Positions 1-9,637 are shown, counted from the stretch's first letter. The stretch is 64,000 bases of DNA from Candidatus Latescibacterota bacterium (GCA_965221775.1 CBDCSU010000005.1:544001-608000); one strand, 5' to 3'. Numbers and translations are program-made. The notes: generated by a model not told the origin, from the letters alone.

Positions 1-426
1 CGCGGCGCCGAGGCCTACCGCCGCGACAGCGGCCGGCCGGTGGGCCGCGACCTGACCGGACTGTCGTACGGAACGCCGCGCTACATGATGCTCGACTTCC
101 TGGTGACGCCGCGCTTCGCCGAGGAGGGAGACCTTGTCGAGGTAACCCGCGAGCCGGGCCTCGAGCCGGTCTTCATCCTCCAGCACGGGGACCACCGCTT
201 CCCGGGCACCCTGTCGGGCTGGCGCGTCGTCCTGATCGAGCCCAACATCGGAGTCGGCCTGTGGGACCGCGTGGCCCTGCGCGAGGAGGCCCACGAGCGC
301 GCCGCCAGCGAGGCGGACCAGCGGCCCTTCGACTGGGACCGGGTCGGCGAGAACGCCCGCGTCGTGCTGCGCGACCTCAGCCGCGCCGGCGAGGACTACC
401 TGAAAGCCCTCGAAGGGCAGCGGTGA
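1..426 (+). CDS. C-terminal part of ATP-grasp-like protein (runs off left edge)
   Basis: Frame open from base 1 (RGAEAYRRDSGRPVGRD...); LDFLV...VVLIEPN resembles the ATP-grasp D...ExN metal-binding motif; stop overlaps next GTG (GTGA). Confidence 0.55.
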   Translation, partial: RGAEAYRRDSGRPVGRDLTGLSYGTPRYMMLDFLVTPRFAEEGDLVEVTREPGLEPVFILQHGDHRFPGTLSGWRVVLIEPNIGVGLWDRVALREEAHERAASEADQRPFDWDRVGENARVVLRDLSRAGEDYLKALEGQR

Positions 427-1907
427 GCGGCGACGACCGGCACCTCGAGGTCGCCTGGACGCGGGCCTGCGACGGCCTCGGCATCGGCCGCGGGACCCCC
501 CTGGCGGCGAGCGAGGCCAGCGTCCTGCTCAAGTATCTCATCTCCGAACGCGCCTCGGTCCCGGATGGCCCGGACTGCTGTGCCCGCGACCGCTGCCGCC
601 GCGCCTGGGTGGAATGGATGGCCGCCGGCGCCGAGGACCTCGACCGGGCCCTGAGACCGGGGGCCGCGCCGGCCGTGCGCGGCGTGCTCGAAAAGGACGC
701 GGAGTACACCGGCCGCATCATCGACCTGGCCGTGGCCGACCTCGTGAGCGAGCCCATGGCTCCCGAGGTCTGCATCGAGACGGTGCCCTTGGGCGGTCTT
801 CCCCCCGGGGGGCGCTGGAACCACGCCGTGATCTTCGCCGCCGCCCCCCTGATCACCCACGAGATCTACCCCCTGGCCGCCGACGCCTGCGTCCATGACG
901 CCCGCGCCGGGGGGCCTTTCTACCGCGTCCTCGGCGTCCACGGGGACTGGCTGTCCAACGGCCGGGCCCGCCGCGTCCTGTGGTTGGATGCCGAGCGCGA
1001 CCGGTTCTGCGAGGCGCCCCTTTCCGAGCCGGTCCACCTGCACTCGGCGCAGCTCCTCGCCCTGGGTCCGCAACAGACACGGTGTCACCTGATCTGGGCC
1101 CGGCGCCTGACCTGCCCCCTGGTCAACCCGGGACCGCCTTCGGCCACGGCCGACGACAAGCACGGCCTCTCCCGGCGGTGGGCCGACGCCGGTCTCGAGG
1201 TGCCCGCGGGAGTCCTGGTGGCCCCGGGCCACCGCCTCGCCGCCCGCGACTTCCTGCACCGCACCGGGGAGATCGTGGTCAAGCCCAACGACGGCACCGA
1301 GGGGCAGAGGGTGCGCTACCTCTCCGCCTCCGCCCCGGAGGCCGAGGACCTCCTGGACGCGCAGCTCAGCGCCTGCTGGGAGTGGGGTCCGGCGCGCCTG
1401 GAAGAGCGCCGGGACGGAATCGTCTGGCGCGATCCGGAGACCGGCAGCTGCCACAGCCTCGCCATCCGCCTGCACGTGGCCGCCGGCGCCGCGGGGCTGC
1501 GGGCCGAGTCCGGATACGCCCTGGTGGGAGCCGGCGTCGACACCCCCGCCACCCGCGGGGCCGGGGGCCGCATGCGCCCCCTGCAGAGCGTCACTTCCTC
1601 GCTGGCCCTGCGCGCCAGCGGCGCTGGCGCCGCCTTCACCGGCGCCGACCTGGAGCGGACGAGACAGCTGGCGGAGGCGGCCGCCGGCATCGTCGGCGGC
1701 ATCGGCCTCAGCGGCGTCGACCTGGTCCTCGACGCCACCCCGGCGGGAGAGGTGGTGCCGGTGCTGCTCGAGCTCAACCCCCGCCCCGCCGGCCTGGCCC
1801 ACGCCCGCTTCCTCCCCGGCTCGGGCGAGGGACGGGTCGAAGCGGGTGTCTCCCTGGACGTGTGGGCCGGCCTGGCCGCGCTCTGCCGGAAGACCGCCGC
1901 CGAGTGA
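423..1907 (+). CDS. ATP-grasp domain protein
   Basis: DDK, VVKPNDGTEGQRV, GVDLVL and LELNPRPAG match the ATP-grasp fold; GTG at 423 overlaps upstream TGA. Confidence 0.7.
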   Translation: MSGDDRHLEVAWTRACDGLGIGRGTPLAASEASVLLKYLISERASVPDGPDCCARDRCRRAWVEWMAAGAEDLDRALRPGAAPAVRGVLEKDAEYTGRIIDLAVADLVSEPMAPEVCIETVPLGGLPPGGRWNHAVIFAAAPLITHEIYPLAADACVHDARAGGPFYRVLGVHGDWLSNGRARRVLWLDAERDRFCEAPLSEPVHLHSAQLLALGPQQTRCHLIWARRLTCPLVNPGPPSATADDKHGLSRRWADAGLEVPAGVLVAPGHRLAARDFLHRTGEIVVKPNDGTEGQRVRYLSASAPEAEDLLDAQLSACWEWGPARLEERRDGIVWRDPETGSCHSLAIRLHVAAGAAGLRAESGYALVGAGVDTPATRGAGGRMRPLQSVTSSLALRASGAGAAFTGADLERTRQLAEAAAGIVGGIGLSGVDLVLDATPAGEVVPVLLELNPRPAGLAHARFLPGSGEGRVEAGVSLDVWAGLAALCRKTAAE

Positions 1908-1909
1908 GC

Positions 1910-3763
1910 ATGGAGGCCCTGACCAGCCGGCTGGCGGAGGCCTCCCCCGACGAGGTCCGGGACCTCGTGGCGGCGGCGGTGGCCCGGGCCCGCGAAGGCC
2001 ATTCCTCCCGGTCCGAACGCCGCGCCTTCCTGCGCGGCCTGGTCCTCTCCCCCGGGCTGGCCCGTTCGCTGCAGACGGGTTCGGCCATCGATACCCTGCG
2101 CGGATCCCTGTCCTCCGGGGAGTGGGGGCAGCTGTTCGGCCCGGCCGTGGAGGAGGAGCTTCCCGGGCTTCTCGTGGCCGTGGTGGACGGCCGGATCGAC
2201 GTGGACCACGAGGACATCCTCTCCCTGGCCGCGGAGAACGGCGCGGCGCTGGCCGCCTCGGTCGGGGAGTTGTCGGCCTACGTCGGCGGTCTCGAGGGCA
2301 GCCGGCGCCGGTTGCGGGGCATGCGCGCGGCCGTCATCCTCGCCTCCCTCTTCCAGCGGCTGCGGGACGGCGCGGCCTGGGGGCGGCGGCCGATTCCCGC
2401 ATGCGCCATCGACGGCCCGCGGATCTCGGCGCTGAAGGAGAAGAAGGCGGTCGCCGACCTTCCGGCCGCCTACGAGGTCCGGGTGAACGAGCTGCAGCGG
2501 GAGGACATGCGCCGGGCCCTCGAGGCGGTGGCCGGCCATTCCCCCGGGGCCGTATCGATGGCCGCCGCCGATAGCGAGACGTCTTTCGAGGTGCGCGCCC
2601 CTCTCCGCCTCGGCCTGTCGAGTGCCAACGCCTCGGACAACCACATCCGCAGCAAGGAGCAGGGCGGCAAAACCCTCAACGCCGGCATCGCCCTGCAGGC
2701 CGGCGACTCCGGGGAGATCGCCCCGCCGCTCTGCGTGAGGGCCCGGCCGCTGCCCGAGCCGCGCCTCGTGCTGCGCTCCCGCTCCGCCGATTTCCAGGCC
2801 GACTTCGAGATCGACCGCCGCGGAGACGCCGGCACCCAGAGCGAGCTGTTCTTCGCCTACCGCCGCGGCGGCGACGAGGCCCTGCGCATGGTCAAGCAGG
2901 GCCTGGTGCACACCGGGATCGTCGGTCCCGACTCCGACGACGTGGTCGGCGACCTGGCGCGCTTCTGCGGCGGCGGCGGCCTCGAGATCACCACCTCCTG
3001 CACCGTGCAGCAGGGGTCGGGCCTCGGCACCAGCAGCATCCTGGCGGCAGCGGTCCTCAAGGTCCTCTACCGCCTCGTGGGCCACCCCGCCGGCGGTGAG
3101 GCCGAGTATCCCGGTCTCTACGATCAGAGCGTGCTCCTCGAGCAGTCCATCGGCCTGAACTCGGGATGGCAGGACGCGCGCGGGGCCCGGGGAGGACCGA
3201 GCGCGGTGAAGGACTTCTTCGCGCCTCCCACCGACGGCCTGCCGGCGCCCGAGCTGACCTACGTCGACGTCGACGCCGAGTCGTTCCACCGCCGCGTGGT
3301 GCTCTTCGACACCGGCATCGCCCGCGCCGCCACCCGCGGCCTGAACGTGGTCATGGACGCCTACCTGTCCCGCCGGCGCGGGCGCTACGGGGCGATCCGC
3401 GAGTCGCTGTCGATCCACGACGAGATGGTCGAGGCCCTGGGCGCCGGCGACTACCGCGCCCTCGGGAGGCTGGCCAGCCGCTACTGGCAGCTGCGCTGCA
3501 TCCTCGATCCGGAGGCCACCAGCCCCGCCCTTCAGCAGCTCTTCGAGCCGCCGGTCTCCGACCTCACCGAAGGGGGCACCCTCTCCGGCGCCGGGGGCGG
3601 CGGTTTCGGACTCCTCGTTGCCCGCGAGGGCGAAGAGGAGCGCCTCCACGCGTGTCTGAGAAAGCTGAAGGACCAGCGGGCCTATGCCCGGTCCGCCGTC
3701 GTCGCCTACCGCCTCGACGCCACCGGTCTGCAACTCACCGAAAGCCAACCACCGCCGCCGTAG
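1910..3763 (+). CDS. GHMP-family sugar kinase (fucokinase/HddA-like) with long N-terminal extension
   Basis: GSGLGTSS ATP loop, GWQD, SGAGGGGF C-terminal loop; ATG 1910 (or GTG 1904 overlapping upstream stop). Confidence 0.8.
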   Translation: MEALTSRLAEASPDEVRDLVAAAVARAREGHSSRSERRAFLRGLVLSPGLARSLQTGSAIDTLRGSLSSGEWGQLFGPAVEEELPGLLVAVVDGRIDVDHEDILSLAAENGAALAASVGELSAYVGGLEGSRRRLRGMRAAVILASLFQRLRDGAAWGRRPIPACAIDGPRISALKEKKAVADLPAAYEVRVNELQREDMRRALEAVAGHSPGAVSMAAADSETSFEVRAPLRLGLSSANASDNHIRSKEQGGKTLNAGIALQAGDSGEIAPPLCVRARPLPEPRLVLRSRSADFQADFEIDRRGDAGTQSELFFAYRRGGDEALRMVKQGLVHTGIVGPDSDDVVGDLARFCGGGGLEITTSCTVQQGSGLGTSSILAAAVLKVLYRLVGHPAGGEAEYPGLYDQSVLLEQSIGLNSGWQDARGARGGPSAVKDFFAPPTDGLPAPELTYVDVDAESFHRRVVLFDTGIARAATRGLNVVMDAYLSRRRGRYGAIRESLSIHDEMVEALGAGDYRALGRLASRYWQLRCILDPEATSPALQQLFEPPVSDLTEGGTLSGAGGGGFGLLVAREGEEERLHACLRKLKDQRAYARSAVVAYRLDATGLQLTESQPPPP

Positions 3764-3782
3764 CCAACACGGAGGAGACGGC

Positions 3783-4550
3783 ATGCTGATGCAGGACTGC
3801 GCCGGTTTCGTCACCGGTGTCGCCAATCACCGGAGCATCGCCTGGGCCACCGCCCGGGCTCTCGACCGCGAGGGCGCCCGGCTGGCCCTCGGATACCTGG
3901 GAGAGCGCGAGCTGGAGAGCATCGAGCGCATCACCGGCCAGTTGCGGCAGCCGCCCCTGCTGGTGCAGTGCGACGTCACCGACGACGAGTCGGTGGCCTC
4001 CGCCTTCGAGGTCGTGGGCCGGGAGATGGGGTCCATCGACTGCCTGGTCCACGCCATCGCCTTCGCCCGCCGGGAGGATCTGGACGGCCGCTTCGCCGAC
4101 ACCAGCCGCAGCGGCTACGACCTGGCCCTCGGCGTCAGCGCCTACTCGCTGAACGTCCTGGTGCGCGGCGCCGAGCCGCTCATGAAGCCGGGGGCCGGCG
4201 TCGTCGCCCTCACCTACCTGGGCAGCGAGCGCGCGATCCCCCGGTACAATGTCATGGGCGTGGCCAAGGCCGCCCTGGAGTCGGGCATCCGCTACCTGGC
4301 CAGCGAGTTGGGGGAGAAGGGCATCCGCGTCAACGGGCTCTCGGCCGGACCGATCCGCACCCTGGCGGCGCGCGGCATCCGCGACTTCAACGCCATGCTC
4401 CGCGTCCACGCCGAGCGCGCCGCCCTCAAGCGCAACAACGAGGTCGACGAGATCGGCGACGCCGCCCTGTTCCTGTGCAGCCGGCTGAGCCGCGGGATGA
4501 CCGGCGAGGTGATGTACGTCGACGCCGGCTACCGGATCATGGGCCTCTAG
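3783..4550 (+). CDS. fabI: Enoyl-[ACP] reductase (NADH)
   Basis: GVANHRSIAW, HAIAFA, LTYLG, YNVMGVAKAALE, AGPIRTLAA; GGAG SD before ATG 3783. Confidence 0.93.
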   Translation: MLMQDCAGFVTGVANHRSIAWATARALDREGARLALGYLGERELESIERITGQLRQPPLLVQCDVTDDESVASAFEVVGREMGSIDCLVHAIAFARREDLDGRFADTSRSGYDLALGVSAYSLNVLVRGAEPLMKPGAGVVALTYLGSERAIPRYNVMGVAKAALESGIRYLASELGEKGIRVNGLSAGPIRTLAARGIRDFNAMLRVHAERAALKRNNEVDEIGDAALFLCSRLSRGMTGEVMYVDAGYRIMGL

Positions 4551-5236
4551 CCCGGCGGCGGCAGGTCGAGGCCGCGCAGCGCCTCCCGGGAGTGGCGGGC
4601 CGTGGTATCGTCCCCGCTCCGCGCCAGCGCCTCCAGATGGACGCGCAGGAAGGCCGCCTCCCTCGGCACGTCGACATCGTACCCGGGGGGCATGAGCGAC
4701 AGCCGCAGCCCCCCGGGCAGGGCCGCCAGGGTCTGCTCCAGGACCCGGCCCGTCCCCCACTCGATCCCGTGGAAGACCGCCGGCGCCGCCGACGGCAGGG
4801 CATCGGCCCGCAGACCGATCAGGTAGTAGCCGCCGTCGACGCTGGGGCCGATCACCACGTCGGCCGTCCGCAGCCGGCGCAGGGCCTCGTCGATGGACGA
4901 GGGCGTCAGCGAGGGACTGTCCGAACCGAGGAGGACGACGCGCCCGCAGCCGGCGCCGACAGCCCGCCGGCAGAGGGTTTCCAGACGCTCTCCGAGGGAG
5001 CCTCCGGGCTGCCCCTCGAAGGTCAGTCCCTCGTACGCCCCAAGAAGTGCGCGCAGGGAAGACTCGCCCTCGGGCGGCTCCACGGCGACGATCTTGAGGC
5101 TCGCCGCGGAGGCCGCCAGGGCGGCGGCGCAGTCACGCAGGAATGCGGTGTAGAGCTCCGCCGCCTGGCCGGACGTCAGCGGCGGCTGCAGCCGGGTCTT
5201 CACCCTCCCGCCGCCGGGATCCCTGGCGAAGAGCAC
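4547..5236 (-). CDS. DUF2064/TIGR04282-type glycosyltransferase-like protein
   Basis: FAR.P..GRVKTRL, GSDSP, GPSVDGGYYLIG, DVD motifs; start may be a few codons further upstream. Confidence 0.8.
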   Translation of the reverse strand: MLFARDPGGGRVKTRLQPPLTSGQAAELYTAFLRDCAAALAASAASLKIVAVEPPEGESSLRALLGAYEGLTFEGQPGGSLGERLETLCRRAVGAGCGRVVLLGSDSPSLTPSSIDEALRRLRTADVVIGPSVDGGYYLIGLRADALPSAAPAVFHGIEWGTGRVLEQTLAALPGGLRLSLMPPGYDVDVPREAAFLRVHLEALARSGDDTTARHSREALRGLDLPPPG

Positions 5237-5263
5237 GGCACCGGTCAGGACGGCCCCTCCGGT

Positions 5264-5292
5264 TTGAAGAGCCGCGAGAGGGGCCGTATCTT
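5264..5292 (+). promoter_or_regulatory. Putative sigma70 promoter for the 5351-9637 operon
   Basis: TTGAAG-17 bp-TATCTT in divergent intergenic region. Confidence 0.45.
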
Positions 5293-5350
5293 CGATGGTT
5301 TGCGCACGCTACCCACCCCTTCAAAACTCAGAGGAAGCGGAAGAGATCCG

Positions 5351-6544
5351 ATGGCAGAGGTACACATCATCCGGCACCGCCCCGGCGCCGTGTTCTGCGG
5401 CACCTGCGAGGTCGTGCAGATCGACGACGACAGCAAGATCACCCGCCTCGTGGAGCCCAGCGGCAACGTGGGCACCCAGTACCCGAACGAGGTCGGCTCC
5501 GAGTGGTTCGGCACGATCGAGAATCTGAGCGCCGGTCTGGCCCTGGGCAAGGCGCACTGGTCCGACGTGTACAAGACCGACGTTCTGTGGACGACGCCTT
5601 CCGCCTCCCGCGATGAGTGCGACGCCCGCAAGAACGACTTCAACGCCGTGTACGGCGCCATGCTGCAGGCCGTCACCGGGGGGCCGCTGCGCTCCAACCG
5701 GATGGCCCGCTTCACGCACCCGGAGGGCTTCCCCGACCCGGCAGCCCTCTTCGAGGTGCAGATCAAGGCCGCCGCGGGCGACGTCGAGATCGGCGGCGGC
5801 CGCCTCGACTTCGGGTCGTGGATCGACCATCAGCCGAGCGGCGCCTCGGTGATGCACCGCAAGGACGGCGAGACGATCACCACCCTCGGACCGGACGTGG
5901 CCGAGGAGATGACCTTCGTCCTCGAAGAGCAGTACGCCCGCCCCTTCGCCGAGGCCGGCGTCGACTTCCGCACGCAGACGGTGTGGATGGAGATCCTCGT
6001 GGCCGTCGACGACGAACCGGACCAGGCCTGGAGCCGCATCGAGGTCGTGCGCCGGGTCTTCGAGGACTACTTCGGCGATCACCGGCCCGCCGGGCTGATC
6101 TACCCGGTGTCGCGGATCCCCAACCTCGACGGTGTCGTCGAGCCGCAGCCCCGCGTCGTCAGCGGCGACGGCGTCGAGATCATCCGCTCCGGCCGCCTGG
6201 AGCATGGCTTCAGCACCTGGACCGCCATCCGCCACGGCGGCATCACCGAGGTCATGGTGAGCGCCGTGGGTGGTGACGACGCCGGCGAGATCCTCGACGG
6301 TGTTGACGCCCGCGTGAAGGAGGCCGGTGGCGCTGGCCTCAAGGCCGACGGGGTGTTCAACAACGCCTACATCGGCGCCGGCGCCGACACCCAGGCCAAC
6401 CGGGACTCCCTGGCGGCCTTCAATCCTTCCTTCACCCGGTGGTACGAAGGCACGGTGCCCGCCGGGCGCACCGCCCAGTACGTCGGCGGCGTGCAGCAGT
6501 CCGGTTTCGCCTACGGCGTCTCCAACCGCTCGATCTTCGCCTGA
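5351..6544 (+). CDS. Protein with three tandem RidA/YjgF-like domains
   Basis: Three Rid-like segments: DFNAVYGAML...ARF...ALFEVQ; VFEDYFGDHRPAG...VSRIP...VE; FNPSFTRWYEGTVPAGRTAQYV. Confidence 0.55.
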   Translation: MAEVHIIRHRPGAVFCGTCEVVQIDDDSKITRLVEPSGNVGTQYPNEVGSEWFGTIENLSAGLALGKAHWSDVYKTDVLWTTPSASRDECDARKNDFNAVYGAMLQAVTGGPLRSNRMARFTHPEGFPDPAALFEVQIKAAAGDVEIGGGRLDFGSWIDHQPSGASVMHRKDGETITTLGPDVAEEMTFVLEEQYARPFAEAGVDFRTQTVWMEILVAVDDEPDQAWSRIEVVRRVFEDYFGDHRPAGLIYPVSRIPNLDGVVEPQPRVVSGDGVEIIRSGRLEHGFSTWTAIRHGGITEVMVSAVGGDDAGEILDGVDARVKEAGGAGLKADGVFNNAYIGAGADTQANRDSLAAFNPSFTRWYEGTVPAGRTAQYVGGVQQSGFAYGVSNRSIFA

Positions 6545-6557
6545 GGGCAGGCGCCCG

Positions 6558-7052
6558 TTGCAGTCCGCGCCGATCGTCGCCGAACTCAAGAGGCAGGGGG
6601 TCACCCACGTCGTCGGCCTTCCCGACAACGGCTCGAGGGCCCTCTTCGAGATGCTCTGGGCGGACGATGAGCTGGAGGTGATCGGCGTCACGCGGGAGGG
6701 AGAGGCCTTCGCCGTGGCCAGCGGCCTCTGCCTGGGCGGCGTCACCCCCGTGGTCATCATCCAGAACACGGGCTTCCTGGAGACGGGCGACGCCTTCCGC
6801 GGCACGGCCTACAACATGGGCCTGCCCCTGGTGATGCTCATGGGCTACCGGGGCTTCGAGTCGATGGCCCCGGGCGCCGAGCGCGTCGACACGGCGGCGA
6901 CCTTCTTCGAGCCGACCCTGAAGGCCTGGGATATCCCCTACTCGGTGCTCGACGACGACGGCGACGAGCGGGCCAAGGTGGCCTGGGCCTTCGATCTCGC
7001 CCGCGAGCGCTCGCTGCCGTCGGCGGTCCTTCTCGTGGGCACCACGGAATAG
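6558..7052 (+). CDS. Sulfopyruvate/phosphonopyruvate decarboxylase alpha subunit (ComD-like)
   Basis: VVGLPD, VTREGEAFAVASG, IQNTGF, MGYRG; TTG start. Confidence 0.75.
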   Translation: MQSAPIVAELKRQGVTHVVGLPDNGSRALFEMLWADDELEVIGVTREGEAFAVASGLCLGGVTPVVIIQNTGFLETGDAFRGTAYNMGLPLVMLMGYRGFESMAPGAERVDTAATFFEPTLKAWDIPYSVLDDDGDERAKVAWAFDLARERSLPSAVLLVGTTE

Positions 7053-7054
7053 CC

Positions 7055-7621
7055 GTGCTCGACAAGTACCGCTGCCTGAGCAGGCTCGCCGCGGCCCGGC
7101 GCGGCGGCGACGTGGTGGTCACCACCATGAGCGTCGCCATGCCGTGGGCCGAGCTGTCCGACACGGCCCTCGACTTCGCCTCCGTGGACAGCGCCATGGG
7201 ACACGCCGCCGACCTGGCCTACGGCCTCGCCCTGGCCCGGCCGGAGCGGCGCGTGCTCTGCCTCAACGGCGACGGCTCGACCCTGATGTGCCTGGGCACG
7301 CTGGTGACCATCGCCCAGGGAGGGGCCGCCAACTACAGTCTGATCATCACCGAGAACGGCACCTACGAGGTCACGGGAAACCAGCCCGTTCCGGGTGCCG
7401 GCGTCGTCGACTTCGAGGCCATGGCCCGCGCCGCCGGACTGCGCGAGGTGCATACCATCGAAGACCCCGATGACTTCGAGCGCATGCTGCCCCTCCACTT
7501 CGAGGTCGAAGGTCCGGCGGTCTTCATCTGGCGCATCGAGCAGGGCGGCGAGCCGGTGCCGCGGCCGGCCCGGCCGATCCGCGACCGCGCCCACGAGCTG
7601 CGCGCCGTCCTCGCCGGCTAG
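7055..7621 (+). CDS. TPP-binding decarboxylase beta subunit (ComE-like)
   Basis: SAMG, GDGSTLM...ENGTYEVTGNQP TPP-binding motif. Confidence 0.78.
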   Translation: MLDKYRCLSRLAAARRGGDVVVTTMSVAMPWAELSDTALDFASVDSAMGHAADLAYGLALARPERRVLCLNGDGSTLMCLGTLVTIAQGGAANYSLIITENGTYEVTGNQPVPGAGVVDFEAMARAAGLREVHTIEDPDDFERMLPLHFEVEGPAVFIWRIEQGGEPVPRPARPIRDRAHELRAVLAG

Positions 7622-7625
7622 CCTC

Positions 7626-8867
7626 ATGTCCTTCCCCCGGATGGCCCCCTTCCGGCAGCACTTCGCAGCCGAGAGCCTCGACGATGTGCCCGCCGCGGTC
7701 TCCGCCGAGCTGGAGGGCTGCGGTCTCTCCGGCCGCATCCGCCCCGGGCAGCGCATCGCCGTCACCGGCGGCAGCCGCGGCATCGCCAACATCGCCGAGA
7801 TCACCCGCACCGTCGTCGCGGCGGTAACCGCCGCCGGAGGCCGGCCTTTCGTCATGCCCGCCATGGGCAGCCACGGCGGCGCCACCGCCCGGGGCCAGAA
7901 GGAGGTCCTCGCCGGCTACGGCCTCCACCCGGCCGCGATGGGCTGCCCGGTTGAGGCCACCATGGAGGTGGCCGAGGTGGGCAGGCTCGACGACGGCACC
8001 CCCGTCCTCGTCAACCGGCTGGCGCTGGAGGCCGACGGAGTGATCGTCATCAACCGGGTCAAGCCCCACACCTCCTTCCGCGGCACCCACGAGAGCGGAC
8101 TCGCCAAGATGCTGGCCATCGGTCTCGGCTGCCACCGGGGCGCCACCATGGCTCATGCCCAGGGCGCCGAGGGCCTGGCCCGGCTGGTGCCGGCCCTCGG
8201 CGGCGCCCTCCTCGAGCGGCTGAACGTGGTCGCCGGCGTCGCCATCGTGGAGAACGCCCGCGACGAGACGGCCATGGTCACCGCCCTGGCGCCCCTCGAG
8301 GTCCTCTCCGGCGAGGCTCGTCTCCTCCCAGTGGCCCGCAACAACATGCCCCGCCTCCTGGTGCGGGAGATCGACCTGCTGATCGTCGACGAGATGGGCA
8401 AGAACATCTCCGGCACCGGTATGGACACCAACGTCATCGGCCGCATGTTGCTCCCCGGGGTGGCCGAGCCCGACGAGCCGGGTGTATCGCGCATCTTCGT
8501 GCGCCGGCTCTCCGAGAAGACCCACGGCAACGCCAACGGCGTGGGCCTGGCCGACGTGATCACCCGGCAGCTCTTCGACGCCATCGACTTCGAGGCGACG
8601 TACGCCAACGCCTTCACCTCGACCTTCCTCAACCGGGCCTACGTGCCCATCATCAAGAACGACGACCGCGAGGCGGTCGCCTCCATGCTCGAGGTCCTGC
8701 GCATCGACGACGGCGCCGCCCTGCGCGCAGCCCGCATCCGCAACACCCTGGAGGTGGAGCACATCCAGCTGAGCGAGGCCCTCGCCCGCGACAGCGGCCA
8801 CCCCGATCTGGAGCGCCTCGGCGACTTCGAGCCCATGCGATTCACCGACGGCGGAGCGCTGGTCTGA
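7626..8867 (+). CDS. LarA-like (lactate racemase N-terminal domain) protein
   Basis: GSRGI, PAMGSHGGAT, NRVKPHTSF, ESGLAKMLAIG, GKNISGTGMDTNVIGR. Confidence 0.75.
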   Translation: MSFPRMAPFRQHFAAESLDDVPAAVSAELEGCGLSGRIRPGQRIAVTGGSRGIANIAEITRTVVAAVTAAGGRPFVMPAMGSHGGATARGQKEVLAGYGLHPAAMGCPVEATMEVAEVGRLDDGTPVLVNRLALEADGVIVINRVKPHTSFRGTHESGLAKMLAIGLGCHRGATMAHAQGAEGLARLVPALGGALLERLNVVAGVAIVENARDETAMVTALAPLEVLSGEARLLPVARNNMPRLLVREIDLLIVDEMGKNISGTGMDTNVIGRMLLPGVAEPDEPGVSRIFVRRLSEKTHGNANGVGLADVITRQLFDAIDFEATYANAFTSTFLNRAYVPIIKNDDREAVASMLEVLRIDDGAALRAARIRNTLEVEHIQLSEALARDSGHPDLERLGDFEPMRFTDGGALV

Positions 8868-9637
8868 CCTCCCCGGAGAATCTCTTCGACCTCTCCGGCC
8901 GGGTGGCGCTGGTCACCGGCTGCCGGCGCGGGATCGGCAGGGCGATGGCCGCGGCCCTGGCGCGAGCCGGCGCCGACGTGATCGGCGTCTCGGCATCGCT
9001 GGAGAAAAGCGGCAGCGCCGTGGAGGGGGAAGTCGCGGCCCTTGGAAGGTCCTTCGCCTCCTACCGGTGCGACTTCGCCGACCGCGGTGCCCTGCGGGCC
9101 TTCATCGGCCGGGTGCTGTCGGACCACCCGCGCATCGACATCCTCGTCAACAACGCCGGCACGATCCTGCGGAAAGCGGCTGCCCAGCACCCCGACGAGT
9201 ACTGGGACCACACCCTGGAGATCAACCTGAGCGCCCAGTTCGTCCTCACCCGCGAGATCGGCGGCCGGATGGCCGACCGGGGTTGCGGAAAGGTGATCTT
9301 CATCGCCTCGGTCCTCAGCTTTCAGGGGGGCATCACCGTTCCCGGTTACAGCGCCAGCAAGGGCGGAATCCACACCCTGACCATGGCCTTCGCCAACGAA
9401 TGGGCCTCCCGGGGCGTGAACGTAAACGCCATCGCACCGGGCTACGTGACCACCGACAACACCGAGGCGCTGCGTCAGGACCCCGGCCGAAACGCCTCCA
9501 TCCTCGCCCGCATCCCCGCGGGGCGCTGGGGCGAGGGGGAGGACTTCGCCGGCCCCGTGGTCTTCCTCGCCTCGGAGGCCTCGCGCTACGTCCACGGCGC
9601 GACCCTGCTCGTGGACGGAGGCTGGATGGGCCGCTGA
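8864..9637 (+). CDS. kduD: 2-deoxy-D-gluconate 3-dehydrogenase-like SDR
   Basis: TGCRRGIG, NNAG, ASVLSFQGGITVPGYSASKGG, VDGGWMGR; frame extends to CTG 8864 (LFDLSGRVALVTG); alternative GTG at 8903. Confidence 0.75.
   Translation: MTSPENLFDLSGRVALVTGCRRGIGRAMAAALARAGADVIGVSASLEKSGSAVEGEVAALGRSFASYRCDFADRGALRAFIGRVLSDHPRIDILVNNAGTILRKAAAQHPDEYWDHTLEINLSAQFVLTREIGGRMADRGCGKVIFIASVLSFQGGITVPGYSASKGGIHTLTMAFANEWASRGVNVNAIAPGYVTTDNTEALRQDPGRNASILARIPAGRWGEGEDFAGPVVFLASEASRYVHGATLLVDGGWMGR

Noticed and set aside
4547-5236. Arsenosugar biosynthesis cluster
   Set aside because: No arsS radical SAM or arsM partner in the window; the family is widespread.
3968-6544. ORF-track long versions suggesting fusions (980-3763, 3968-6544, 34036-36168, 45977-47992, 48249-50852, 52649-55336)
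   Set aside because: N-terminal parts are Arg/Pro/Gly-rich off-frame read-through over neighbouring genes; internal starts with SD or stop overlap fit better.
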